This document shows positions 9,115 through 17,984 of a stretch of DNA of 47,933 bases, in pieces. Every line of letters starts with the position of its first letter. The stretch's first letter is position 1. Made by a program: the position numbers and the translations under genes. The notes beneath the pieces are model-generated. The model did no database searches. It had not been told where the DNA came from and was given only the letters and a program-made list of their open reading frames with translations. Source of the DNA: Pseudomonadota bacterium. GTDB taxonomy: Bacteria > Pseudomonadota > Gammaproteobacteria > Pseudomonadales > JBCDEX01. The stretch covers positions 1 to 47,933 of the forward strand of contig JBCDEX010000001.1 of assembly GCA_039178995.1 (NCBI GenBank). The letters are read 5' to 3'.

Positions 9115-9747
9115 TTATCGTCGGCGCAAGATGCCCAATGTGTTCACGATTTCGATCTCATCGAACTGGCCTGATGCGAGTGCTAAGCGATAAATGGTGA
9201 TCGGCGCTTGTCCACCTTCGTCTGGATTGGGGAATAGGTCATGTATTGCCAGAATGCCGCCGCTGCGAATGTGGCGTGACCAGCACGTGTAATCGTTCAT
9301 GGCGGCTTCTAGGCTGTGTCCGCCGTCAATAAAAACCATGCTCAACGAGGTGTTCCAGTGCTGTGCGGCGACCGTTGATGGCGCCACGATGGGCACTACG
9401 GTGTCTTCGAGTTGTGCGGTGCGCATGTTCTTGCGAAATTCTGAAAAGCTGTTCATGACCTCGTAAGCGCTGTCGAACAGATCTGCATCGTGGTATTCTT
9501 CACCCACTTGATGCTCTTCAGAGCCGTAGTGATGGTCTACTGCAAACAAGGTGTTGCCGTGTTGTTGGCAGGCTGATCCGAGCAGTACCGTTGATTTCCC
9601 ACAGTAACTGCCTATTTCCAAGCACGGGCCGAGCGCAGCGGTTTCGAGTGCGTGTTGGTGCAGCGCACGTGCTTCGTCATCGGCTAAAAAGCCTTTGATG
9701 AGAGACAAATCAATGTGAGGGTTCAAGTCGTTTAGAGTCGATGACAT
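9115..9747 (-). CDS. Class I SAM-dependent methyltransferase (Methyltransf_24 / O-methyltransferase-3-like), substrate unknown
   Basis: 210 aa. SAM-binding loop CLEIGSYCGKSTVLLG, then FAVDHH and VFIDGGHS, typical of this small methyltransferase family. Confidence 0.7.
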   Translation of the reverse strand: MSSTLNDLNPHIDLSLIKGFLADDEARALHQHALETAALGPCLEIGSYCGKSTVLLGSACQQHGNTLFAVDHHYGSEEHQVGEEYHDADLFDSAYEVMNSFSEFRKNMRTAQLEDTVVPIVAPSTVAAQHWNTSLSMVFIDGGHSLEAAMNDYTCWSRHIRSGGILAIHDLFPNPDEGGQAPITIYRLALASGQFDEIEIVNTLGILRRR

Positions 9748-10042
9748 AAGGCGTGGTCGCTGTTTGAAAGTAAAAAAATGGCCAATGAATGGATCGAAAA
9801 GATACAGGATTCATTGCGCAAAAACAAACCACGCATCAGGTGTTGAGTGCAAGGATTGAACGATGAGGGTTCCATTGGGCAATTAAGGCGTAATATTTGT
9901 GTTTTAGCAGGTGTTTAACTGTGTGATAAAGGGTAAAATCAGACATCGCTCGGTCATTGTCTGAGCAGTGGCGTGATACCATGAGCGCGGTTGCGCGAAT
10001 ACGCCCATGAATAAGTAGGACAATAATACAACGTATTGGCAA

Positions 10043-10111
10043 CCCATTGAAAACCGTTAGGAAGTCCCATTGAAAACCGTTAGGAAGTCCCATTGAAAAC
10101 CGTTAGGAAGT
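10043..10111. repeat. Three perfect head-to-tail copies of a 23-bp unit CCCATTGAAAACCGTTAGGAAGT, ending 8 nt before the proA GTG
   Basis: Read directly. Units at 10043-10065, 10066-10088 and 10089-10111 are identical. A possible degenerate partial copy lies just upstream (about 10026-10042, by eye). Confidence 0.95.
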
Positions 10112-10118
10112 CGTTCCA

Positions 10119-11378
10119 GTGAGTGATTTAAAAGTATATGTAGATCAACTTGGGCAGCAAGCCCGAGCCGCTGCAACTGTGATTGCGCGTGCGGACAGCG
10201 GACAAAAGAACGCGGCATTACTCGCCATCGCAGAACAGTTAGAACAACAGCGTGAGGCATTGAAAGAAGCCAATGCGCTTGATTTGCAGCGCGCCAAAGA
10301 AAATGGCCTAGAAGCCGCATTGTTGGATCGTTTGGTATTGAGCGACGGTCAAATTGACACGATGATTGAAGGCTTGCACCAAGTGGCGCAGTTAGCCGAT
10401 CCCATTGGTGAAATCACAGATATGAATCATCGCCCGAGTGGCATTCAGGTGGGTAAGATGCGCGTTCCATTGGGTGTCATCGGTATTATTTATGAATCGC
10501 GTCCGAATGTGACGGTCGAAGCGGCCAGTTTGTGTTTGAAATCAGGCAATGCGGCGATCTTGCGCGGTGGATCAGAAGCATTGCATTCCAACCAAGCCGT
10601 GGCGCGCTGCATTGAAACCGGTTTAAAACAGAGTGGACTGCCCGATGACGTGATTCAAGTCGTTGAGGTGTCCGATCGCGAGGTGGTGGGTCATATGATT
10701 ACGCTGCCTGAATACGTGGATGTGATTGTGCCGCGTGGCGGCAAGGGCTTGATTGAGCGTATCAGTCGAGACGCCAAGGTCACGGTGATTAAACATTTGG
10801 ACGGCATTTGTCATGTCTATATTGATGATCACGCGGATTTAGATAAAGCGCATGCGGTTGCGTTGAACGCCAAAACGCAGCGTTACGGCACGTGCAATAC
10901 CATGGAAACCTTGCTGGTCGCGGCGTCAGTGGCGCCAACGGCCTTGCCTAAATTGATTGCCGCTCTGAGCGACAAGGGCGTTGAAGTCCGTGGTTGTGAG
11001 CGCACCAAAGCGATTGCGGACAACATTGAATCTGCGATAGACGCGGATTGGAGCGAAGAGTACTTGGCGCCAATTTTGTCAATTAAGGTGGTGGACGGGG
11101 TGGATGAGGCCATTCAGCACATTAATCAGTACAGTTCTCAGCACACCGATTCCATCATCACTGAAAATTACACATTGGCGAGACGCTTCATTCGAGAAGT
11201 CGATTCGAGTTCAGTGATGGTGAATGCGTCCACGCGATTTGCGGACGGTTTCGAATACGGTTTGGGTGCGGAAATTGGCATTTCGACGGATAAAATTCAT
11301 GCGCGCGGTCCTGTTGGTTTGGATGGCTTAACCTCTCAAAAATACATTGTGTTCGGCGACGGGCACGTGCGCACCTAG
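10119..11378 (+). CDS. proA: Gamma-glutamyl phosphate reductase ProA
   Basis: 419 aa with GTG start. [46 protein letters not shown] and HTDSIIT are colinear with E. coli ProA (417 aa). AGGAAG SD at 10105-10110. Confidence 0.96.
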   Translation: MSDLKVYVDQLGQQARAAATVIARADSGQKNAALLAIAEQLEQQREALKEANALDLQRAKENGLEAALLDRLVLSDGQIDTMIEGLHQVAQLADPIGEITDMNHRPSGIQVGKMRVPLGVIGIIYESRPNVTVEAASLCLKSGNAAILRGGSEALHSNQAVARCIETGLKQSGLPDDVIQVVEVSDREVVGHMITLPEYVDVIVPRGGKGLIERISRDAKVTVIKHLDGICHVYIDDHADLDKAHAVALNAKTQRYGTCNTMETLLVAASVAPTALPKLIAALSDKGVEVRGCERTKAIADNIESAIDADWSEEYLAPILSIKVVDGVDEAIQHINQYSSQHTDSIITENYTLARRFIREVDSSSVMVNASTRFADGFEYGLGAEIGISTDKIHARGPVGLDGLTSQKYIVFGDGHVRT

Positions 11379-11390
11379 ACTATTTATTGC

Positions 11391-12062
11391 ATGCCTCAAT
11401 TAGACACACTGGCCATATACGGTGGCACGTTTAATCCGGTGCATGCGGCGCACATTGAGCTGGTGAGACAGTGCTTGAGCACATTTGAGTTTGAGCAGTT
11501 GCATGTGTTACCGAGTTATTTGCCAGATTATAAGGCAACGCCGGTGGCGGCTGAGCATCGATTGGCGATGTTGTCGAGTGCATTTGCGTCGTTTGATCGA
11601 GTGATGATCGACGAACGTGAGATTGAACGTCAAGGCGTGACGTACACGATTGACACCGTGCGTGACTACCGCGCGGAATTGGGTGACGGCGCCAAGCTGT
11701 TTTTTATTATGGGCAGCGACTCGTGGATGTCGTTTACCGAATGGCACGACTGGCAAGAGATAATTCAGCTGGTCAATGTGGTGGTGGTCAGTCGCGCGCA
11801 AGATGATGGACAAGGGCGGTTGGATGTTGCTCAGATGAATGACGAATTGGCCGAGCTTTATCGCCACTGTGTGTGTGATGACGTCACGGAATTTATACAC
11901 AACACCGCTGGAAAGGTGTTTGAATTTTCTGAGATGGCGATGAACGTCTCATCGACGCAATTGCGTCGCGCAATACAAGGTGGGTTGCCCACACATGAAT
12001 GGCTGTTGCCACAAGTCAAGGCTTACATTGACGAACATAAGTTGTATCGAAATGATGAATAG
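11391..12062 (+). CDS. nadD: Nicotinate-nucleotide adenylyltransferase NadD
   Basis: 223 aa. YGGTFNPVHAAH (HxGH-type motif) and SSTQLRR near the C-terminus. Conserved position before rsfS-rlmH. Confidence 0.92.
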   Translation: MPQLDTLAIYGGTFNPVHAAHIELVRQCLSTFEFEQLHVLPSYLPDYKATPVAAEHRLAMLSSAFASFDRVMIDEREIERQGVTYTIDTVRDYRAELGDGAKLFFIMGSDSWMSFTEWHDWQEIIQLVNVVVVSRAQDDGQGRLDVAQMNDELAELYRHCVCDDVTEFIHNTAGKVFEFSEMAMNVSSTQLRRAIQGGLPTHEWLLPQVKAYIDEHKLYRNDE

Positions 12063-12074
12063 GAGTCTTTAGCA

Positions 12075-12422
12075 ATGTCATTTGAGATGTTGAAACAAAT
12101 TGCGATCAATGCGCTTGAAGAAATGAAAGCGCTGGACGTCGTTGAGATTGATGTGACAGGCAAAAGCAGTGTGACTGATTGCATGATTGTAGCATCGGGC
12201 ACCTCCAATCGGCACGTGAAATCGTGCGCCGATACGGTGGTGGAAGACGTCAAAAAAAATGGCATTGTGCCGATCAGCATTGAAGGCCGTGAAGAGTCGC
12301 AATGGGTGTTGGTCGATTTAGGCGATGTGGTGGTGCATGTGTTTCAAGAAGAGACACGCGCATTATATGCGATTGAAGATTTATGGAGAATTGAGCGAGA
12401 GCCGAGTGGTGACGCTGAGTGA
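12075..12422 (+). CDS. rsfS: Ribosome silencing factor RsfS
   Basis: 115 aa. KALDVVEIDVTGKSSVTDCMIVASGTSNRHVKS...WVLVDLGDVVVHVFQEETRALYAIEDLW is the typical RsfS/IojAP pattern. Confidence 0.9.
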   Translation: MSFEMLKQIAINALEEMKALDVVEIDVTGKSSVTDCMIVASGTSNRHVKSCADTVVEDVKKNGIVPISIEGREESQWVLVDLGDVVVHVFQEETRALYAIEDLWRIEREPSGDAE

Positions 12423-12886
12423 AAGTGACCTTGTTGTGCATGGGCGATAAAATGCCGTCGTGGGTGTCACAAGGAGTCGCCGAGTACGCGAAGCGCTTAA
12501 CGCACGACATGGTCTTTGAGATCAAAGAATTGAATTTGTCGAAACGCTCTAAAAGTAATGCAGCGTCCATCTTGAAGCGCGAGTGTCAGCAGATGCTGAA
12601 GCACTTGTCGAATAAAGACCACGTGGTGGCGTTGGACGTATTAGGTAAGTCGTATTCGACGCCTAAATTGGCAAAACGATTGGCGTCGTGGAGAGAGTTA
12701 TCGCGACCGGTTACGTTTTGCATTGGCGGACCTGAAGGGCTGCACCCCGACGTATTGGAACGAGCGGATGAGAAAATATCGTTATCCGAATTGACCATGC
12801 CGCACCCGCTGGTGCGCATTGTGTTTGTAGAACAGTTGTACCGAGCGATGAGTGTGTTAAATAATCACCCGTATCATCGGCAATAA
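12419..12886 (+). CDS. rlmH: 23S rRNA (pseudouridine1915-N3)-methyltransferase RlmH
   Basis: 155 aa. GTG start overlaps the rsfS stop (GTGA). GDKMPSWV...IGGPEGL...LSLSELTMPHPLVR...NHPYHRQ is colinear with E. coli RlmH. Confidence 0.93.
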   Translation: MKVTLLCMGDKMPSWVSQGVAEYAKRLTHDMVFEIKELNLSKRSKSNAASILKRECQQMLKHLSNKDHVVALDVLGKSYSTPKLAKRLASWRELSRPVTFCIGGPEGLHPDVLERADEKISLSELTMPHPLVRIVFVEQLYRAMSVLNNHPYHRQ

Positions 12887-12913
12887 AAAGTATAGAGAGT
12901 AAGTGTGTAAGTT

Positions 12914-14917
12914 ATGGCACGTGTAATTAACAGAGTACAACAAGGCAATGAGGCGGTGTTCCGAAGTCGTTTTTATGCGTCTGCTGTTATCTTTCTGATT
13001 TTGTCGTTGTTAATCTGGTCACGGTATGCATTTTTGCAAATCATTGATTATGAAAAGTATCACATGCAGTCCGAAAACAACCGCGTTCATCTGCGTCCGA
13101 TTACGCCGGGGCGAGGACATATTTATGCACGTAATGGCGAAGTGTTGGCGAAAAATTTCCCCAGTTTTGTGCTGACCGTCAGTCGTGGTTTGATGAAGGA
13201 CATGAAAGATGAGATGACGCTGGTAAAAGAGTTGCTCGAGCTCAGTGATCAAGACATGTTGGATATCAAAGAAAGCATGGCGCACTATCGCGCATATGAT
13301 GACGTACCGATTAAATACAATCTCACCGAAGCCGAGCGCGCGATTCTCGCGGCAAACAAGCATCGATTGCCGGGCATGTCGGTGTCAACGCGTTTTGTGC
13401 GTAAGTATCCCCATTCAGAATTGTTTGCGCATGTGATTGGCTATGTTGGTCGCATTAGTGAAAAAGATCAGAAAGACCTCAATATGGATGAGTATGCGGG
13501 TATTTATCATACAGGTAAGCTGGGATTGGAAAAGTTCTATGAAGACGTCTTAAAAGGTCGCCCAGGACACGAACAAGTTGAAACCAATGTGCGCGGTAAA
13601 GTACTGCGTTCGCTTAACAAGAAAAGTGCTGAACTGGGCGACGATTTGCAGTTGTTTTTAGATTTTGAGACGCAAAAAAAAGCGACGGAAATGCTCAAAG
13701 GCGAAGTCGGTGCGGTCGTGGCACTGGATGTCAAAACAGGCGGTGTGGTGAGTTTTGTGAGCATGCCTAACTACGATCCAAACTTGTTTGTGAATGGTAT
13801 TTCTGTTGACGATTACGCGCGTTTACGCGATTCGGTCGACATTCCAATGTACAACCGCGTACTGCGTGGTTTGTACCCTCCGGCATCGACCATTAAGCCT
13901 TTTATGGCGTTGGCGGGCTTGTCGTATAACAAGACTGATTTAAAACGCACTGTACGTGACCCTGGTTGGTTTCGCCTAAAAGGCAGTAAACGAAAGTACC
14001 GTGATTGGAAGCGTGCAGGCCACGGCAACGCAGTGAATTTAGATTTGGCCATTGCGCAATCGTGCGATATTTACTTCTACGATTTGGCGACGCGGTTGGG
14101 TGTGGATCGAATTGAGCCGGTTATGTCGGCATTTGGATTTGGTCAAAAAACCAACATTGATTTAGTGGGTGAAAAATCCGGCTTGATGCCATCGCGTGCA
14201 TGGAAAAAGAAACGTCATAATGAAGATTGGTATCCTGGAGATACCGTTAACATTGGTATTGGTCAAGGGTATATGCAAGCGTCGCCATTGCAGTTGGTGT
14301 CGGCGACGGCCATGATAATTCGAAATGGGGTCCATATTGAACCTCGACTGGTTAAATCGGTCAACAATAAACCTACTATGACGTCTAAATCGAAGAAGCT
14401 GAACATCAAACAAGAGCAGTGGGATGCGGTTAAAAAGGCAATGGATAATGTGGTGAACTCAAACTACGGAACGGCGATGGGCGCTCGGCATCGCATTAAA
14501 GCGCGTATGGCAGGTAAGACAGGAACCGCACAAGTGGTTGGCATTGCGCAAAATGCAAAATACGATTCGAAAAGTTTGAAGAAAAAGCAGCGAGATCATG
14601 CGTTGTTTATTGGTTATGCTCCAGTTGATAACCCACGTGTTGCAGTAGCGGTCGTGGTTGAAAACGGTGAAAGTGGCGGCGGTCGTGCGGCGCCAATTGC
14701 AGCCAAAGTAATGGATACGTACTTGAATTCCCTTGAAGCAACTCCGGCACCCAAGAAGATCAAAAGAACAAATACCGTTGTCAGTACAGACACAGTGACA
14801 AATAAAAGTGTCGTCGTTAAGACAGAGAAGGCAGCAAAGACAGATACGATTGTTGAGGAAAAGGTTAAAACCGCCAAAGACGCGTTGGGACTAAAAAAGC
14901 AAAAGGCGTTAGAATAA
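12914..14917 (+). CDS. mrdA: Penicillin-binding protein 2 (elongasome transpeptidase)
   Basis: 667 aa. N-terminal TM anchor, transpeptidase motifs STIKP, (S)xN and KTGTAQ. Lys-rich roughly 60-aa C-terminal tail. Followed by rodA. Confidence 0.93.
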   Translation: MARVINRVQQGNEAVFRSRFYASAVIFLILSLLIWSRYAFLQIIDYEKYHMQSENNRVHLRPITPGRGHIYARNGEVLAKNFPSFVLTVSRGLMKDMKDEMTLVKELLELSDQDMLDIKESMAHYRAYDDVPIKYNLTEAERAILAANKHRLPGMSVSTRFVRKYPHSELFAHVIGYVGRISEKDQKDLNMDEYAGIYHTGKLGLEKFYEDVLKGRPGHEQVETNVRGKVLRSLNKKSAELGDDLQLFLDFETQKKATEMLKGEVGAVVALDVKTGGVVSFVSMPNYDPNLFVNGISVDDYARLRDSVDIPMYNRVLRGLYPPASTIKPFMALAGLSYNKTDLKRTVRDPGWFRLKGSKRKYRDWKRAGHGNAVNLDLAIAQSCDIYFYDLATRLGVDRIEPVMSAFGFGQKTNIDLVGEKSGLMPSRAWKKKRHNEDWYPGDTVNIGIGQGYMQASPLQLVSATAMIIRNGVHIEPRLVKSVNNKPTMTSKSKKLNIKQEQWDAVKKAMDNVVNSNYGTAMGARHRIKARMAGKTGTAQVVGIAQNAKYDSKSLKKKQRDHALFIGYAPVDNPRVAVAVVVENGESGGGRAAPIAAKVMDTYLNSLEATPAPKKIKRTNTVVSTDTVTNKSVVVKTEKAAKTDTIVEEKVKTAKDALGLKKQKALE

Positions 14918-14920
14918 GTT

Positions 14921-16072
14921 ATGGGACCATTATCAAGTGATTTTGTTCGGCAAATGCCCACCACAGGTGCGTTTTCATTTGGTGGTGCTCGAGTGCGTCG
15001 AGGATTGGGGTTGGACGGAACACTGTTATCCTTACTACTGTGTCTGACCACATGTGGTCTGTTTGTATTATATTCGGCGTCGGGTCAAAATTTGTCTGTG
15101 GTGTATCGACAAATGACTTACTTAACGGTTGGTTATGCCGGTATGTATTTTATTTCTAAGATGAGCCTTGATACAGTTCGCTCTCTGGCCCCTATCATTT
15201 ACGGGATAGGGTGTTTGTTGTTGGTGCTTGTGTTGGTGATGGGTGTGGGCGCAAAAGGTGCGCAACGCTGGATCGAGTTTGGATCGATACGATTTCAGCC
15301 TTCTGAAATTATGAAACTCGCGGTGCCCTTGTTTGTGGCGTGGTACTTGTCGAATCAAAAGCTGCCACCGAGCTTTGGGAATGTGTTGGTTGTTTTGATT
15401 ATTGTGAGTGTGCCAGCGGGATTGATCGTCGTTGAACCGGATTTGGGCACGTCTATTTTGGTGACGGCTGCTGGCTTGTTTGTTTTGTGGTTGGCAGGGT
15501 TAGGGTTTAGCTACATTGCGGGTGCGCTTGGTGTGTTGGCTGTGTCGGCGTATCCCATTTGGACGTTTTTTTTACGCGACTATCAGAAGACACGTATTCT
15601 TACTCTGTTTGAACCCGATACCGATCGCTTAGGAGCTGGTTGGAACATTACTCAGTCGAAAACGGCCATTGGCTCAGGTGGATTTACCGGGAAAGGTTGG
15701 CTTGATGGCACCCAGTCGCACCTTGATTTTTTACCTGAGAGTCATACCGATTTCATTGTTGCGGTATTGGCTGAAGAGTATGGTTTGATTGGTGTGACCT
15801 TTATTTTAGGTTTGTATGTGGCGATTTTTTTGCGTGGTTTTTATCTAAGTTGGAAGTCGAGTTCATTGTTTGGTCAATTGATCGGCGGTGCAATTATGTT
15901 GACCTTTTTTACGTATGTGTTGGTCAATATGGGAATGGTTTCGGGCATTTTACCGGTGGTGGGTGTGCCGTTGCCTTTGGTGAGTCAGGGCGGTACCTCG
16001 GTTGTATCGTTGTTAATTGCGTTTGGTGTGCTGATGTTGGTTGCAAAGAACCGCCGTTCGTTGAATAGTTAA
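14921..16072 (+). CDS. mrdB: Peptidoglycan glycosyltransferase RodA (SEDS family)
   Basis: 383 aa polytopic membrane protein. RFQPSEIMKL, EPDLGT, GWLDGTQSHLDFLPESHTDFI, LPLVSQGGTS. Confidence 0.93.
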   Translation: MGPLSSDFVRQMPTTGAFSFGGARVRRGLGLDGTLLSLLLCLTTCGLFVLYSASGQNLSVVYRQMTYLTVGYAGMYFISKMSLDTVRSLAPIIYGIGCLLLVLVLVMGVGAKGAQRWIEFGSIRFQPSEIMKLAVPLFVAWYLSNQKLPPSFGNVLVVLIIVSVPAGLIVVEPDLGTSILVTAAGLFVLWLAGLGFSYIAGALGVLAVSAYPIWTFFLRDYQKTRILTLFEPDTDRLGAGWNITQSKTAIGSGGFTGKGWLDGTQSHLDFLPESHTDFIVAVLAEEYGLIGVTFILGLYVAIFLRGFYLSWKSSSLFGQLIGGAIMLTFFTYVLVNMGMVSGILPVVGVPLPLVSQGGTSVVSLLIAFGVLMLVAKNRRSLNS

Positions 16073-16098
16073 TTACTAATGTTGGAAAAGGGAAAGAA

Positions 16099-17271
16099 AT
16101 GAAATTAAGTGCTTACATAACCTGTGCCGTTGGATTGATCAGTACGATCGGCATGTTGTCTTGTGCGACTGCGAATGACAACAAACGCAGCAACGATATG
16201 CGCTACAAAGTACGGCCGTTAATGGTACCCGCTGCGCCCCAACGAGGTGCTCATATGGATCGTCCGCATGTCGATGGATATGATGTTCAGCCGTTTGTAG
16301 TGCGCAATTCGGGTTATGCCGATCGTTATGAAGTGAAGCAGTTTATCGCTGAGATGCAGCGCGAACATGGTTTTAAACCAGATCAGTTGCGCCGCGTGTT
16401 GGGGCAAGCCGAGCATCAGGCATCTGCGGTGCGTTTGATGACGCCGAAGCCTAAGCCAGCCTTTTCAGATAAACCGACATGGACGCCATGGCATAAGTAT
16501 CGTAAGAAATTTTTGAATGAGCTTCGCATTACGCGCGGTGCAGATTTTTACGCTGAAAACGTGCAAGCATTGAAGCGAGCTGAGCAAACATACGGTGTGC
16601 CAGCTGAAATCATTACTGCCATCATTGGAGTTGAAACCTACTATGGACGCAATATGGGAAGTTATCGTGTGTTGGACGCCTTGGTGACATTGGCGTTTGA
16701 CTCGCCCAGACGCAATGAGTTTTTTAAGAAAGAATTAAAAGAATTCATGCTGATGGTCAGAGAGCAGCGTTTAACCTCGACTGATTTGAAAGGTTCGTAT
16801 GCGGGCGCGATGGGGTATGGTCAGTTCATGCCAAGCAGCTATCGAAAGTATGCGGTGGATTTTGACGGCGACGGACGTGCGGATATTTGGAACAACCCTG
16901 TGGATGCGATAGGCAGTGTAGCCAATTATTTTAAAGGGCACGGTTGGGTGAGAGGGGATGTGGTTATTGAACGAGCGCGCACCAATGCTTTGTTTGATGC
17001 CAGTGGTGCGAACGTGACACGTGAGCCAAATGTGTCACTTGGTCAATTAAATCGACTCGGTTTTCAGTTGAATACGCATCATCGATTGTCCCCGAATAAA
17101 ATGAGCAACTTGGTTGAGCTTCGCGGTGCATATGGCAAAGAGTACTGGATCGGTTTCCAAAACTTTTTTGTGATAACTGAGTATAATCACAGCCGACGTT
17201 ATGCGTTGGCTGTGTATCAGCTGGCTCAAGAAATTAAAGCGCGTCAAGGCAGGCTTTTGTATTTTGATTAA
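16099..17271 (+). CDS. mltB: Lytic murein transglycosylase B-type (MltB/SltB1)
   Basis: 390 aa with signal/lipobox-like N-terminus (MLSCATA). YGVPAEIITAIIGVETYYGRNMG catalytic region and GAMGYGQFMPSSY. Same position as sltB1 in the Pseudomonas rodA-sltB1-rlpA cluster. Confidence 0.85.
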   Translation: MKLSAYITCAVGLISTIGMLSCATANDNKRSNDMRYKVRPLMVPAAPQRGAHMDRPHVDGYDVQPFVVRNSGYADRYEVKQFIAEMQREHGFKPDQLRRVLGQAEHQASAVRLMTPKPKPAFSDKPTWTPWHKYRKKFLNELRITRGADFYAENVQALKRAEQTYGVPAEIITAIIGVETYYGRNMGSYRVLDALVTLAFDSPRRNEFFKKELKEFMLMVREQRLTSTDLKGSYAGAMGYGQFMPSSYRKYAVDFDGDGRADIWNNPVDAIGSVANYFKGHGWVRGDVVIERARTNALFDASGANVTREPNVSLGQLNRLGFQLNTHHRLSPNKMSNLVELRGAYGKEYWIGFQNFFVITEYNHSRRYALAVYQLAQEIKARQGRLLYFD

Positions 17272-17320
17272 ATAGTAGCTGTCTGCTTTCATTTAGCATA
17301 GATTAAAACGGAGTGGTGTT

Positions 17321-17941
17321 ATGAAATTGAAATTGTCTCGTATTAAGTTAGGCGTTGTGCTAATCAGCGTATTATTACAGTCTTGTGCAGTCGGTGCGTT
17401 ACTGGAGTCGACCGTTGAAGTACAGCCGGTACTTAAGTCGGCGGGGCAGTCAAACGCTGCGATGGATCCACCCGCGATGGTGGATCAGTCCATGCCGCAT
17501 GGCTCTGTAACGACGGGCTCTTCTGCGCCGGTATTTGTGCCGCCAGCACAGGTAGAGACGATTCAAGAAAGTCACGTTGCTCGACAGACTCCGTCGTTGG
17601 GTGCTCTATTGCCCGCAGCACCGCCTGCACCAGTGGCTCAGCCATCGCAGTACGTTGCTCCTGTGATGAGTCAGTCTGAAATGCCGCCACAGCCTCGCCC
17701 TCAGCGTTCGATCTCAACAAGTGGTGGCATGTATTTACAAGTGGGCATGTTTCGCTCCGTGTCAGGCGCTCGTCAGGTCAAAGCGAATGCGCAAGCCGCT
17801 ACGAATGTTCCTGTAACGATTAACGACGATCGTCCAGAACAATATCGAGTGTTGGTTGGGCCCTTTCCTCAGCACGAATTACCACAGGTGCGTTCACAGT
17901 TAGACCGAGCAGGGTTTAGTTATTTCCGTTTCTCGCGCTAA
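17321..17941 (+). CDS. SPOR-domain lipoprotein (occupies the rlpA position but lacks a DPBB domain)
   Basis: 206 aa. Lipobox LLQSC, Pro/Gln-rich linker, C-terminal SPOR-like fold (YLQVGMFRSVSGARQV...YRVLVGPF...). No RlpA-type double-psi beta-barrel motif visible. Confidence 0.75.
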   Translation: MKLKLSRIKLGVVLISVLLQSCAVGALLESTVEVQPVLKSAGQSNAAMDPPAMVDQSMPHGSVTTGSSAPVFVPPAQVETIQESHVARQTPSLGALLPAAPPAPVAQPSQYVAPVMSQSEMPPQPRPQRSISTSGGMYLQVGMFRSVSGARQVKANAQAATNVPVTINDDRPEQYRVLVGPFPQHELPQVRSQLDRAGFSYFRFSR

Positions 17942-17984
17942 CGCTTTTTATCCTACTTACTTTTGTTAGGTACGTATTGATTTT

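Noticed and set aside
9836-10320. Two minus-strand ORFs (9836..10093, 85 aa; 10057..10320, 87 aa) in and around the proA upstream region.
   Set aside because: Both owe part of their length to reading through the 23-bp tandem repeats ([15 protein letters not shown] is translated repeat DNA). The second is antisense to the proA N-terminus. No SD or recognisable family was seen. I cannot strictly exclude a small protein from 9836..10093, but nothing supports it.
11741-11756. A search for sigma54 (-24/-12) promoters, prompted by the presence of NtrC. TGGCAC hits occur at about 11421, 11743, 12916, 27602, 33066 and 36955.
   Set aside because: None has a correctly spaced TTGC(A/T) element. Most are inside coding regions (the hit at about 12916 sits at the mrdA start codon). 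No credible sigma54 promoter is seen by eye.
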